Source: Candidatus Latescibacterota bacterium (GTDB lineage: Bacteria; Latescibacterota; UBA2968). From it: a stretch of 64,000 bases of DNA. Each line of letters starts with the position of its first letter. Positions within the stretch are counted from its first letter, which is position 1. Positions 27,638 through 37,480 of the stretch are shown here, piece after piece. The DNA is taken from the NCBI GenBank assembly GCA_965204745.1, contig OZ242010.1, forward strand, positions 544,001-608,000. Direction: 5' to 3'. The notes under the pieces were generated by a model, which saw only the letters and a list, made by a program, of their open reading frames with translations, ran no database searches and had not been told where the DNA came from. The translations under genes and the position numbers were made by a program.

Positions 27638-28813
27638 TCAACAACACCGCACGCCCAATAGCACCTCGGCCAGCAACTGATCCAACCGTTCATAGCCAAG
27701 CCCGACGCGGCCCATCGCGTCGATGTCAAACGGAACGCGCTTGAGTGCTTGTGCCTTTTCCCGGCTGTACGCGCCCAGATGCTGTTCGTACTCGGGATTC
27801 TGGTTCGCCAAGTCTCGCAAAATCCCCTGAATTTCCGCGTCTGCCTCAAATTGCGCGGCTTTTTCCCGCAGGATATTGTACGTCCGCATGCACCCTGCGG
27901 CAAAATCCCACACGCCCTCTTCGTCTTCGGTGCGAAATGCGTGTGCGTCAAAGTGTTTTGGCCCCGCGTACCCGTTGTTTTCCAACAAGCGCACGAGCAA
28001 AAACGCGCTCTTGTAATCCTCTGAGCCAAACCGAAAATCCTGATCGTAGCGCCCAAACCGCTGGTCGTTGAGATCGATGTGAAACAACTTGCCCGCCTCG
28101 AGTGCTTGGGCGACGCCGTGATGGAAATTCAACCCGGCCATGTGTTCGTGCGCCACTTCTGGATTGACGCCCACCATCTCGGGGTGATCCAGCGTTTCGA
28201 TAAAAGCCAAGTAGTGCCCGGTCGTCGGGAAATACATATCCGCACGCGGTTCATTGGGCTTGGCCTCGAGCGCGAATTTCAAATCGTATTGTTGATCGCG
28301 CACGTACTCGCACAGATAATTTAGCCCATCTCGGTAGCGTTTGAGGGCCTCGATGGGGTCCTTGCCCACATTGCACTCCGCGCCTTCGCGCCCGCCCCAA
28401 AACACATAGGTCGCGGCGCCCAATTCCACGCCCAAGTCAATGGCCCGCATGATTTTTTGCAAGCCATACGCCCGAATTTTGGGGTCGTTGGACGTAAATC
28501 CTCCGTCCTTAAAAACCGGATGCGAAAATGTGTTGGTGGTTGCCATCGGCACTACCATGCCGTAATTTTCCAGCGCGTTTTTGAAATCGCGCACAATTTT
28601 GTCGCGTTCTCGCAACGGGGCGTCAATCGGCACGAGGTCATTGTCGTGCAGGTTGATGCCCCACGCGCCCAGTTCGCTCAACCGCTGCACAATCCGTTCC
28701 GGCGCGAGCGGATTCCGCGTGGGGTCGCCAAAGGGATCGCGCCCGGGATTGCCCACGGTCCACAACCCAAATGAAAACTTATCCCCTTTTCTCGGCGTAT
28801 ATGCGTCTGCCAT
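27638..28813 (-). CDS. xylA: Xylose isomerase (short, class I type)
   Basis: [30 protein letters not shown] and KLFHIDLN motifs. Confidence 0.95.
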   Translation of the reverse strand: MADAYTPRKGDKFSFGLWTVGNPGRDPFGDPTRNPLAPERIVQRLSELGAWGINLHDNDLVPIDAPLRERDKIVRDFKNALENYGMVVPMATTNTFSHPVFKDGGFTSNDPKIRAYGLQKIMRAIDLGVELGAATYVFWGGREGAECNVGKDPIEALKRYRDGLNYLCEYVRDQQYDLKFALEAKPNEPRADMYFPTTGHYLAFIETLDHPEMVGVNPEVAHEHMAGLNFHHGVAQALEAGKLFHIDLNDQRFGRYDQDFRFGSEDYKSAFLLVRLLENNGYAGPKHFDAHAFRTEDEEGVWDFAAGCMRTYNILREKAAQFEADAEIQGILRDLANQNPEYEQHLGAYSREKAQALKRVPFDIDAMGRVGLGYERLDQLLAEVLLGVRCC

Positions 28814-28953
28814 TGGACCTCCTCAGAATTGGTATAAGATGATACCCACCGATGTCTCGCAAACAGGTTGTAAAATATGCCCTCTCCGCCAAGTGTCAAT
28901 GGACAATTCGACAGATCGCGTCCGCGTATCAACGCGATCAGGAGCATGCGACC

Positions 28954-30198
28954 ATGATCATCCGCGACCCCGTTCACGGGGACCTCGCCTTCAACGAATC
29001 CGAACGCCGGGTCATGGACACGCGGCAAATGCAGCGCCTGCGCGGCGTGCGCCAAACCGGAACCGCATACCTCGTCTATCCGGGCTGCGTGCACACGCGA
29101 TTTGAACACTCTTTGGGCACGGCCGCTATGGCGCGGCGCATCCTCGACGCCCTGCGTCACAAAGGCGCGCCCATCGAACCCGAACAGGCCGATGCGGTTG
29201 CCCTGGCCGCGTTGGTTCACGACATCTCGCACCTGCCCTTTGGGCACACCTTTGAAGACGAGCGCAAACTCTTTCCCCGCCACGACACGGCGGACCGCAT
29301 CGCGCACTTCTTGTCGCAAACGGAAATCGCGCAAGCCCTCGACGCTTCGGGCCTGCGCGACATCGTCGTCTCCCTGCTCACGGACAAATCGTTTTCCCCG
29401 GCGTGGATGCAGCAAATCGTCTCGAGCACCATAGACGCGGACCTGCTCGACTACCTGCGCCGAGACGCCTATTTCGCGGGCCTGCGCCAGGATTACGACG
29501 ACCGCATTTTCAGCACCTTTGTGCTCGTCGACGACACCCTGGCCATCGACCTGACCCGCCTGAGCACGCGCACCGAGTTGTTGCACCTGCTCCGCTTGCG
29601 CTACTTCCTCACCGAGCGCGTTTATTATCACCACGCCAAAGTCGCATCCGGCGCGATGATCGCCAAAGCCGTTGAACTCGCCACGGAACGCGGACTCGTC
29701 GAAACCGACCTCTACGCCCTGACTGACGAAGCCCTGTTTCGCCACCTGCTCGCGTATGAAGACCCGCGCATCGACCGCTTGATCACCGGCGTTTGCGACC
29801 GGCACCTGCTCAAACGCGCGTACGCGATTTCCACCGCCGAGACGGGCCGCCGAGGGCGCGATGAATTGATCGCCACGTACACCCGATCCGCCGAAGCCCG
29901 CCGGCAACTTGAACGGGAGATCGCAGACGCCATCACCCTCCATCCGGATCAGATCATCCTCTATTGCCCCGACATCTCGGCCATTAAAGAAGCGCGCGTG
30001 CGCGTGGTCACCCGCCATGGCCTGACCCGCCTCAACGATCCCCCCGACAATCCGCCCTTTGACGTGAAAGTCGTGGAAGACCAATACGACCGCCTCTGGA
30101 AATTCTACATCTTCGCCCCCGAAAGCTACAAAGAGCGCGTCGGACAAATATGCGAGCGCGTCTTTGGCGAACAAAATGCGGTAGGACGGGAGACGTGA
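28954..30198 (+). CDS. HD-domain phosphohydrolase (dNTPase-like)
   Basis: RDPVHG, QRLRGVRQ, HTRFEHSLG, HDISHLPFGH and DADLLDYLRRD motifs. Confidence 0.9.
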   Translation: MIIRDPVHGDLAFNESERRVMDTRQMQRLRGVRQTGTAYLVYPGCVHTRFEHSLGTAAMARRILDALRHKGAPIEPEQADAVALAALVHDISHLPFGHTFEDERKLFPRHDTADRIAHFLSQTEIAQALDASGLRDIVVSLLTDKSFSPAWMQQIVSSTIDADLLDYLRRDAYFAGLRQDYDDRIFSTFVLVDDTLAIDLTRLSTRTELLHLLRLRYFLTERVYYHHAKVASGAMIAKAVELATERGLVETDLYALTDEALFRHLLAYEDPRIDRLITGVCDRHLLKRAYAISTAETGRRGRDELIATYTRSAEARRQLEREIADAITLHPDQIILYCPDISAIKEARVRVVTRHGLTRLNDPPDNPPFDVKVVEDQYDRLWKFYIFAPESYKERVGQICERVFGEQNAVGRET

Positions 30199-30296
30199 GA
30201 GGCGAGATGAAAGGCGTAAGACGGGAGAGGCAAGACGGGAGAGGCAAGACGGGAGAGGTAAGACGTGAGATACAAGGGGGAATAACATCTCTCCGT

Positions 30297-30438
30297 TGCG
30301 GGGAAGAGCCGAAGGAGGTGACATCGTTTTTTTTGGACGAGTTCTAAGGTGCGATCCTATAATGGATGAGTCGTTCATGTCTTTGGACGATTGACCGCGG
30401 CTTGCTTCTTACTCGCTTTCTACTCTTAATTCGCATTG
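30297..30438 (+). mobile_element. IS982-derived MITE/right-end remnant
   Basis: Last ~65 bp nearly identical to 34511-34577, followed by ACAACTGACAACTG. Confidence 0.8.
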
Positions 30439-30470
30439 ACAACTGACAACTGCCTCCCGCCTCTCTCCCC

Positions 30471-31352
30471 TCACCCAATCCCCCACGCCCGCTTGGCTGA
30501 CCAGATGGTGTTGTGCAAGAGCATGGTAATCGTCATTGGGCCGACGCCGCCTGGCACTGGCGTGATGGCGCGGACTTTGTTTTTGATGCGGGGATAATCG
30601 ACATCGCCCACGAGGCGATAGCCGGATTTTTTGGAGGGATCGGGCACGCGGTTCACGCCAATGTCAATGACGATGGCGTCTTTTTTTATCATATCCGCGG
30701 TGACCGTGTTGGGATGCCCGGTCACCGCGATGAGAATATCCGCTTGGCGAGTGAACGCGCCGAGGTCGCGCGTGCCGGTGTGGCACAGGGTGACCGTGGC
30801 ATTGGTGGGTTTTTGCGACAGGATATTGGCGAGGGGCCGCCCCACTAAGGTGCTGCGACCCACGATGACGACGTGTTTGCCCGCCACGTCAAAATTGCCG
30901 CGTTTGAGGAGTTGGTGAACGCCGTGCGGGGTGCAGGGCAAAAACCCTTCTTCCCCGCGCATGAGGCGGCCGAGGTTGACCGGGTGCAAGCCATCCACGT
31001 CTTTGTCGGGCGAGAGCCGGTTGAGGGCTGTTTGTTCGTCAAACCCATCGGGCAGGGGCAGTTGCACGAGGATGCCGTGAATCGCGGGGTCGTCGTTGAG
31101 TTGATCGATGATGGCGAGCAGGTCGGATTCGGGTTGTTGCGCGGTCAGGATGTGTTCGGTGGCGTAAATGCCGATGGCTGCACATGCTCCGCGCTTGCCC
31201 TTGATGTAGGAGATGGACGCCGGGTCGTCCCCCACGCGCACCACCGCGAGGCCGGGGGTGAGGCTGTGCGATGCCTTGAGGTGTTGCACTTCTGCCGCCA
31301 TTTCAGCGCGCATGGTTTTGGACAGGTCTGTACCGCTGATGATATGTGCCAA
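30471..31352 (-). CDS. folD: Methylenetetrahydrofolate dehydrogenase/cyclohydrolase
   Basis: GILVQLPLP, KDVDGLHP, PCTP, GRSTLVGRP and TPVPGGVGPMT motifs; likely TTG start. Confidence 0.96.
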   Translation of the reverse strand: MAHIISGTDLSKTMRAEMAAEVQHLKASHSLTPGLAVVRVGDDPASISYIKGKRGACAAIGIYATEHILTAQQPESDLLAIIDQLNDDPAIHGILVQLPLPDGFDEQTALNRLSPDKDVDGLHPVNLGRLMRGEEGFLPCTPHGVHQLLKRGNFDVAGKHVVIVGRSTLVGRPLANILSQKPTNATVTLCHTGTRDLGAFTRQADILIAVTGHPNTVTADMIKKDAIVIDIGVNRVPDPSKKSGYRLVGDVDYPRIKNKVRAITPVPGGVGPMTITMLLHNTIWSAKRAWGIG

Positions 31353-31410
31353 GGTCGCTTCTCCGGTCAAAGCCCAAACGAAAAAACGCCCGGGCAATGG
31401 TGATTGTTTT

Positions 31411-31486
31411 TGGCCCAGGCGGTCGGCATGTGCGCGTTCCAGTGCTCCCCTGTGGTTCGTTCCACAATTCCGCCAGTTGCACCGGA
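31411..31486 (-). ncRNA. ZMP/ZTP (pfl) riboswitch
   Basis: ACTGGCG...GTGG..CCACAGGGGAGC...GCCGACCGCCTGGGC consensus upstream of folD; overlapping terminator ending GCCCGGGCGTTTTTT. Confidence 0.92.
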
Positions 31487-31498
31487 TAGAGGATGAAT

Positions 31499-32935
31499 TT
31501 ACGGCATTTGAGTCGCCGTGTCAAACGACGGTTCGAGCGGGTGCTCAAAATCGCCCGTCATGGTATCGGGAAGTTGATAGACGCGGCCCTTTTTGTCGCA
31601 AAAGTAAAGCCGCGATATGGACGCCTGCCGCGCATGCCCATCGGCCCAAAGCGCGTAGAAATCCGGATGGGCGTTCACCGGGCAGCGCGCGTACGTGTGG
31701 TTGCGCTCGCTGTTTTGCGTGAGTTGTTTGACGCGCTGCCAAGCATGGCCTCTGTTTTCCCACATCGCCATTTCGCCGCCGGGGTTGTAGGGTTGCGGCC
31801 CCGGTTCCGTGGGCGCGATGACGCGCTTTGTGCCATCTGCTTCGAGGTAGAGCGATCCCATGTCGTAGTTGCTGTCGGACGTGGTGATGGTCTGGCTTTG
31901 CCAATCGCGGCCCGTCCACTGCAACAGCGTCCAAGTGCGCGGGCCATTCTCCGGGCCTGACGCATAGCCCTTGCTGGTGATGACGAGGATGGCGGGATTG
32001 CCCTGCGGGTCGAGGCGGATGTCTTTGAGATAGACTTTCAAGCCTTGGGCCTGGTAATCGCACACCAGCGCCTTGTTGTCCGGCGTTGTGAGCGGCAGGG
32101 AAACGCGCTCGCCGCCGGCGGTTTGCCAGGTGCGTCCAAAATCCGGGGTTTCGAGATAGTAGAGGTTGGTGCGCCAGTTGAGGCCCTGCGGCGACGGGTG
32201 GTAGTTAAACGCCGTGACCGCTTTGTGCGGCGAACAAGCGCTGATTTGGTAATGTCCTTTTTCAATGGCGGCCAAGCGCGTCCATTCCGACCACTTGACG
32301 CCATCCGCGCTGGTGACAAAAAACAGGGTGCGGTCCGCCGGGTCTTTGTAGCGCGTGACGAAATTGATGAACCCGCGCCCCGGCAAGTGCCACGCCTGCA
32401 TGTAGGAAAAGTTGTCCATGTCCCGTTCGCGCCCTTGAAAGCGGTAGGTCGCGTCAACCCGTTCAAACGCCTCAATCGCGTAGGGCCGCACGCTGCGGTG
32501 GATGTACGAGGGACGCGACAAGCCGTGCGAGGTGGAGAATATCCAAATATAGCCCGCGTCGTCCATGGAGATGACGGGATTGTCGTGGGCATCCGCCGTG
32601 TTCTTGTCCAACAAGATGGTCGGCCGAGGCACCTGCCGGGTCTCGTGGTCGAAATAGGAGACCATGTGCAACAAAAATCCCGCGCGGTCCCGAGAAAAGG
32701 CACCGTCCCCGCGGAGGTCTGCTGCGGTGTGCTTGCGATGTGCATCGACAGGCGTGCCGCCGTAACAGAAAAAGGTCTTATCGACTTCGGGACGGTACAC
32801 GGCAAAGGGGCGATGCTTGGCGCAATACGTGCCCAAGCCGCCGCTGTATTTGTACGCGTACTCATCGCCGGATGGCTGATTGTAATACCATATCCCGCGA
32901 TAGCCCGCGTCTTTTTGATTCAAGGTGAGGCGCAT
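31499..32935 (-). CDS. BNR-4 repeat beta-propeller protein
   Basis: DAHDNP, SADGVKWS and TPDFGRTWQ Asp-box-like motifs. Confidence 0.75.
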   Translation of the reverse strand: MRLTLNQKDAGYRGIWYYNQPSGDEYAYKYSGGLGTYCAKHRPFAVYRPEVDKTFFCYGGTPVDAHRKHTAADLRGDGAFSRDRAGFLLHMVSYFDHETRQVPRPTILLDKNTADAHDNPVISMDDAGYIWIFSTSHGLSRPSYIHRSVRPYAIEAFERVDATYRFQGRERDMDNFSYMQAWHLPGRGFINFVTRYKDPADRTLFFVTSADGVKWSEWTRLAAIEKGHYQISACSPHKAVTAFNYHPSPQGLNWRTNLYYLETPDFGRTWQTAGGERVSLPLTTPDNKALVCDYQAQGLKVYLKDIRLDPQGNPAILVITSKGYASGPENGPRTWTLLQWTGRDWQSQTITTSDSNYDMGSLYLEADGTKRVIAPTEPGPQPYNPGGEMAMWENRGHAWQRVKQLTQNSERNHTYARCPVNAHPDFYALWADGHARQASISRLYFCDKKGRVYQLPDTMTGDFEHPLEPSFDTATQMP

Positions 32936-33017
32936 GGCTTTTCCCCGTGTCGCGTTGTGGTTGGACGCGAAAAAGAAATGCAAACGGAAATCCGCGTTCA
33001 TCCGCGTTCGTCTCCAA

Positions 33018-33335
33018 CTACTGAACCGGCGAAAAGGACGTCGCGGTCATCATCTCGGAAATGACCTCTGACACAATCGGCCCATTGGCCTCGGTTCGCG
33101 CTCTGGCCTCGATCCATTCGGGATCTGCGCGAAACCCTGCCCACGCGCGCTCCATCGCCGCTTCGCCCTCGTACTTGCAAATATAGACGATCTCATTCGC
33201 GTCCGTTTTTTGCCAAAACCCCATCACCTCAATGCCGTACCGATCAAAAAGGCCAAACGTGATATTTTCAAATCGGCTGAGAATGTCGGGCATTTTCCCT
33301 TCGGGAATGCGGTAAGTACGCATTTCGTAAATCAT
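33018..33335 (-). CDS. NIPSNAP-family protein
   Basis: YEMRTY...WAGFRADPEW...TSFSP. Confidence 0.9.
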   Translation of the reverse strand: MIYEMRTYRIPEGKMPDILSRFENITFGLFDRYGIEVMGFWQKTDANEIVYICKYEGEAAMERAWAGFRADPEWIEARARTEANGPIVSEVISEMMTATSFSPVQ

Positions 33336-33535
33336 AGTGCCTCCCAAAACAAGTGGATAGTATTTTGTGTTTTTCATGATAACAATGACTATATTCCAAG
33401 GTCAAGTACAGAAACGCACGGCAAAGACCAATTTGTCGATCTCGACCAGGCCCTGTGCCTGTCCCTACGGATGGGCGATGGCGGGGCGGTCTCACCTCTC
33501 TCGTCTTACGTCTTACCGCAGGGAGTTGGGCGGGG

Positions 33536-33589
33536 ACTGACAACTGACAACTGACAACTGACAACTGACAACTGACAACTGACAACTGA
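33536..33589. repeat. Heptamer array (ACTGACA)n, continued at 34578-34597 beyond the IS
   Basis: Perfect tandem copies on both sides of IS982. Confidence 0.95.
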
Positions 33590-34577
33590 CAATGCGAATT
33601 AAGAGTTGAATCCATCGCGTACTTGTCTTTTCTTGAGGGCTCAGTCATTTCACCCTTAAAGGAAGGAGCACGCGATGGATTGGCAAGATAAACTCATTCA
33701 CTTGTATGTCTATATTTGTCAGCAGTATGACCAAAAGCATCTGTGGTTTTATACGGAACGCATGAGTAATAACGACACGCCGACCTTCACAGATGAAGAA
33801 GTGCTGACGATCTATTTGTTTGGGATCATGCAACAACACACGCAGATCAAGGCGATTTATACCTATACCAAGGATCATTTGTTCGACTGGTTTCCCAATC
33901 TGCCCACTTATGCAGGCTATATCCAGCGGTTGAACCGCTTGTGTGTGGTCTTCGCCCCATTGATTGAACAAATCCAAAAGGATAGTCCCGCAACCGATGT
34001 CTCTGAACACACCTACTTGGTGGATTCCATGCCGATTGTTATGGCACAATCGGCACGTAGCGGTCAGGCATGTGTGGCTGAAGAACAACTGGCCAACAAA
34101 GGCCGCTGCGCTTCCAAAAAGATGTGGTATTACGGCACCAAACTGCACATGGTCGCACAAGACCGCGAGAATGGCCTCCCGAAAGCAGAGTACTTCGGCT
34201 TGACAGGTGCAGCAGAGCATGACCTGACTGCTTTGCGACATGTCTTACCCGTTTTGCGTGATGGACACCTCTACGGCGATAAAATCTACGCCGATCAGCC
34301 CTTAAAAGACACGCTTAGCAAACAGCAGAACCTGATCTTCGAGACGCCGGTGAAGCGAAAAAAGGGGCAAGAAAGCCTGACCGAGGCCGAAAAAGACTTT
34401 TCTCGGGCGGTTTCGAGCATGCGACAGCCTATAGAGGCCTTGTTCAGTTGGATTGAACGAAAGACGAACATCTCGATGGCGTCTCGGGTACGATCCTATG
34501 AGGGCTTACTCGTTCATGTCTTTGGGCGATTGACCGCGGCTTGCTTCTTACTCGCTTTCTACTCTTAATTCGCATTG
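33590..34577 (+). mobile_element. IS982-family insertion sequence
   Basis: Perfect 17-bp terminal IRs CAATGCGAATTAAGAGT/ACTCTTAATTCGCATTG; ACAACTGA on both flanks. Confidence 0.92.
33675..34568 (+). CDS. IS982-family DDE transposase
   Basis: FTDEEVLTI, VDSMPI, YGTKLH, GDKIY and RQPIEALFS motifs. Confidence 0.92.
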   Translation: MDWQDKLIHLYVYICQQYDQKHLWFYTERMSNNDTPTFTDEEVLTIYLFGIMQQHTQIKAIYTYTKDHLFDWFPNLPTYAGYIQRLNRLCVVFAPLIEQIQKDSPATDVSEHTYLVDSMPIVMAQSARSGQACVAEEQLANKGRCASKKMWYYGTKLHMVAQDRENGLPKAEYFGLTGAAEHDLTALRHVLPVLRDGHLYGDKIYADQPLKDTLSKQQNLIFETPVKRKKGQESLTEAEKDFSRAVSSMRQPIEALFSWIERKTNISMASRVRSYEGLLVHVFGRLTAACFLLAFYS

Positions 34578-34644
34578 ACAACTGACAACTGACAACTTGG
34601 GGGCTTGGGGCCGGGGGAGGAATCATCTTTCATCTGGAGGAAGC

Positions 34645-35940
34645 ATGGAAATTCTCGGATCGATCTTCATCGCAACCGTCTGGTCTGGGCATCCCGTGGG
34701 GTTTGACCTGTTGACGGATGGCGACCAGCAATTTGTGGCATTTTACGATGCGGACCGCAAAATGACCGTGGGGACGCGCCTTTTGACGGAAGACACCTGG
34801 ATGTTTGCCCAGCCCAAAGGCGTCTGGTTGGAAAATCGCGGACGCCTGTCGTCCGAGGTCGGATGGGACAGCCACAATTCCTTGACCATGGCCATTGACG
34901 ACGCGGGCCACATTCATCTGTGCGGGAATATGCATGTGGATCCCCTGATTTACTTTCGCACCACGCGCCCACGCGATATAACCAGCTTTGAACGCATTCC
35001 CGCGATGGTGGGCAAAAATGAGGACCGATGCACGTATCCGGTATTTATGCGCGGCCCAAATCGGGAATTGATTTTTCGGTTTCGAGATGGCAAAAGTGGC
35101 AATGGGGTCGATTTTTACAATGCGTACGACGCCCAAACCAAAACCTGGCACCGCTTGCACCACGCGCCCTTGTTGGATGGCTTAGACCGCATGAATGCCT
35201 ACGCCCGCATGCCGGAAAAAGGCCCCGATGGCCGGTATCACATGATCTGGATGTGGCGCGACACCCCGGATTGCGCGACCAATCACAGCATTTCCTACGC
35301 CCGTAGCCACGACCTCATCGCTTGGGAAACCGGGGCAGGCAACGCGCTGAATTTGCCGATCACCATAGAAAGCGGCGCGGTCGTCGATCCCGTGCCCCCG
35401 GGCGGTGGGTTGATCAACATGACGCAATCACTGGGCTTTGACCACCAAAAACGCCCGGTGATCAGCTATCACAAACACGACGAAACCGGATCCACGCAAG
35501 CCTATTGTGCGCGGTTGGAAAATGGCGACTGGGCGTTTTACAAGGTGAGCGATTGGACCTACCGATGGGAATTTGGCGGCGGCGGCTCTATCGGCGCGGA
35601 AATCCGCTTGGGCGGCGTACAAGCCGAAGCCGATGGCGGGTTGCGTCTGCGCTATTGGCACGCCAAAGAAGGGCACGGCATCTGGAAATTGCATCCCGAA
35701 ACCCTACGGGTGATCGGCACGTATCCCCCGCCCGAGAACCAAATTCCCGATGAATTGGAACGAGTCACCTCAAATTACTCGGGCATGGTCGTCAACCTAC
35801 GCAACGCACGCGACACCGGAACGCACCCCGACGAACAACACCTCTTGCGCTGGGAAACCCTGGACCGCAATCGAGACAGACCCCGCGAAACCATCCCTCC
35901 GCCGAGCGAGTTGAGACTCTACATTCTGCAACGCGACTAA
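34645..35940 (+). CDS. BNR-4 repeat beta-propeller protein
   Basis: WDSHNSLTMAIDDAGHIHLCGNMH, TYPVF and WMWRDTPD motifs. Confidence 0.75.
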   Translation: MEILGSIFIATVWSGHPVGFDLLTDGDQQFVAFYDADRKMTVGTRLLTEDTWMFAQPKGVWLENRGRLSSEVGWDSHNSLTMAIDDAGHIHLCGNMHVDPLIYFRTTRPRDITSFERIPAMVGKNEDRCTYPVFMRGPNRELIFRFRDGKSGNGVDFYNAYDAQTKTWHRLHHAPLLDGLDRMNAYARMPEKGPDGRYHMIWMWRDTPDCATNHSISYARSHDLIAWETGAGNALNLPITIESGAVVDPVPPGGGLINMTQSLGFDHQKRPVISYHKHDETGSTQAYCARLENGDWAFYKVSDWTYRWEFGGGGSIGAEIRLGGVQAEADGGLRLRYWHAKEGHGIWKLHPETLRVIGTYPPPENQIPDELERVTSNYSGMVVNLRNARDTGTHPDEQHLLRWETLDRNRDRPRETIPPPSELRLYILQRD

Positions 35941-36144
35941 AGAAACGCCCCGGTGATTGCGTGCCCCGCTCATCCACCCATCCACCAGTGCGGCCTTACC
36001 GTGCCACCCAACCGCCGTGTGCGTTATCCCGGCCCATATTCCCCGGCCTCTTGTATCTTTGGGCGAGCACGGGGGCATCGCCCCTACGTTTCTCTCCTCG
36101 CCTCTTGTATCTCGCTTAAAGGGGTTGGGGGTTAGGGTTGGGCG

Positions 36145-36183
36145 GACTGACTACTGACTACTGACTACTGACTACTGACCACT
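36145..36183. repeat. Heptamer array (ACTGACT)n
   Basis: Tandem copies after GGGCGG. Confidence 0.9.
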
Positions 36184-36346
36184 TGGGGTTGGGGACTGGT
36201 GGCCTTCTTACCTCTTACCTCTTACCTCTCACTTGGGCGCGGCGGCGGGGCGCGGCGAGGCTGTTTTTTTGTTTGAAAGACGCGGTGGCATCGCTTATTT
36301 TGGCTGGGTGTATTTTGCAAGGGTTCGCATTCAACGAGGAGGCGAT

Positions 36347-37276
36347 ATGAGCAGGGATGCGTTTCGCGGGGTGTTTCCCATTTTGTCAACACCGTTTGCG
36401 AAAAATGGCGATGCCGATTGGGGCGACCTCGAGCGGGTCGTGGATTTTTGTGTGGCATGCGGATCGCACGGAATCGTGTGGCCCGTCAATGCGAGCAGTT
36501 TTCCGGTCTTGACCGATGAGGAACGCATGCGAGGCATGCAGGTGGTCATCGAACAAACGGCCGGGCGCGTGCCGGTCATTCTCGGGGTTCAGGGGGCGAG
36601 CGGGCACCACGCGGCCCTGTTTAGCCGCCACGCGCAGGCATTGGGGGCCGATGGGGTGATCGCCATGGCGCCTTATGTCGAGGCAATCGAGGACGAGGAT
36701 GCGATGGTGCGCTATTTTCAGGCGATTGACCGCGAAGTGAATATGCCCATTTTCATTCAGAATCACATCCGAGGCAGCGAGTTGTCTATCGACGCGATGG
36801 CGCGGTTGATCCGCGAAGTCGAACACATCGAATACGTCAAGGAAGAGTCCTTTCCCGCAACGCACATGACCACGGGCTTGATAGAACGCGCCGGCCCCAA
36901 ATTAAAGGGCGTATTCGGCGGTGCTAGCGGGCGGTACTTGTTGCTCGAACACCCGCGCGGCGGTGCCGGGCAAATGCCGGGGTGCCACATTCCAGATGTG
37001 GTGGTGCGATTGTGGAACGCGCTAGAAGCCGGGGATTTGACAGAGGCCAAGCGGGTATATGGCATCATGGCGCCGCTGTTCGCGCTGGAGACCCTCAAAG
37101 GCACGACGTACCCGGAAATCCTGCGCCGGCGACAGGTGATCACGAGTTCGCACAGCCGGTTGACGACCCACTTTCCCATGCAAGATGCGTACGATCACGC
37201 CGCCCTAGACGATATTTTGCGCGATTTGCAACCGCTGTTCACATGGAACGAGAAGCCGGTGTTGTTTGGAAGGTAG
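36347..37276 (+). CDS. Dihydrodipicolinate synthase-family aldolase/lyase
   Basis: GVFPILSTPF, GRVPVILGV and Schiff-base Lys in YVKEE. Confidence 0.88.
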   Translation: MSRDAFRGVFPILSTPFAKNGDADWGDLERVVDFCVACGSHGIVWPVNASSFPVLTDEERMRGMQVVIEQTAGRVPVILGVQGASGHHAALFSRHAQALGADGVIAMAPYVEAIEDEDAMVRYFQAIDREVNMPIFIQNHIRGSELSIDAMARLIREVEHIEYVKEESFPATHMTTGLIERAGPKLKGVFGGASGRYLLLEHPRGGAGQMPGCHIPDVVVRLWNALEAGDLTEAKRVYGIMAPLFALETLKGTTYPEILRRRQVITSSHSRLTTHFPMQDAYDHAALDDILRDLQPLFTWNEKPVLFGR

Positions 37277-37402
37277 TGGTCAGGCCACCCGGCCCAACCC
37301 CCTTCGGTAAGACGTAAGACGTAAGAGGGAAGATACAAGATGACAGAGGGGTTGGGTGTTGTCTTATTTCTGCGTTCTCTCTGCTTTCCCCGTACATACG
37401 AC

Positions 37403-37437
37403 AACTCCCCGACGGTTTTGAACTGTCGGGGAGTTTT
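37403..37437. terminator. Intrinsic terminator
   Basis: AACTCCCCGACGG...CTGTCGGGGAGTTTT between convergent genes. Confidence 0.75.
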
Positions 37438-37480
37438 ATGTAATGTATCTGAAACGGGAGACGCAAGACTCTCCCTGATG

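Noticed and set aside
28678-30378. Long antisense ORFs (also 427-1917, 16425-17567, 46429-47853, 59034-60077)
   Set aside because: Shadow frames of well-supported genes on the opposite strand in GC-rich DNA.
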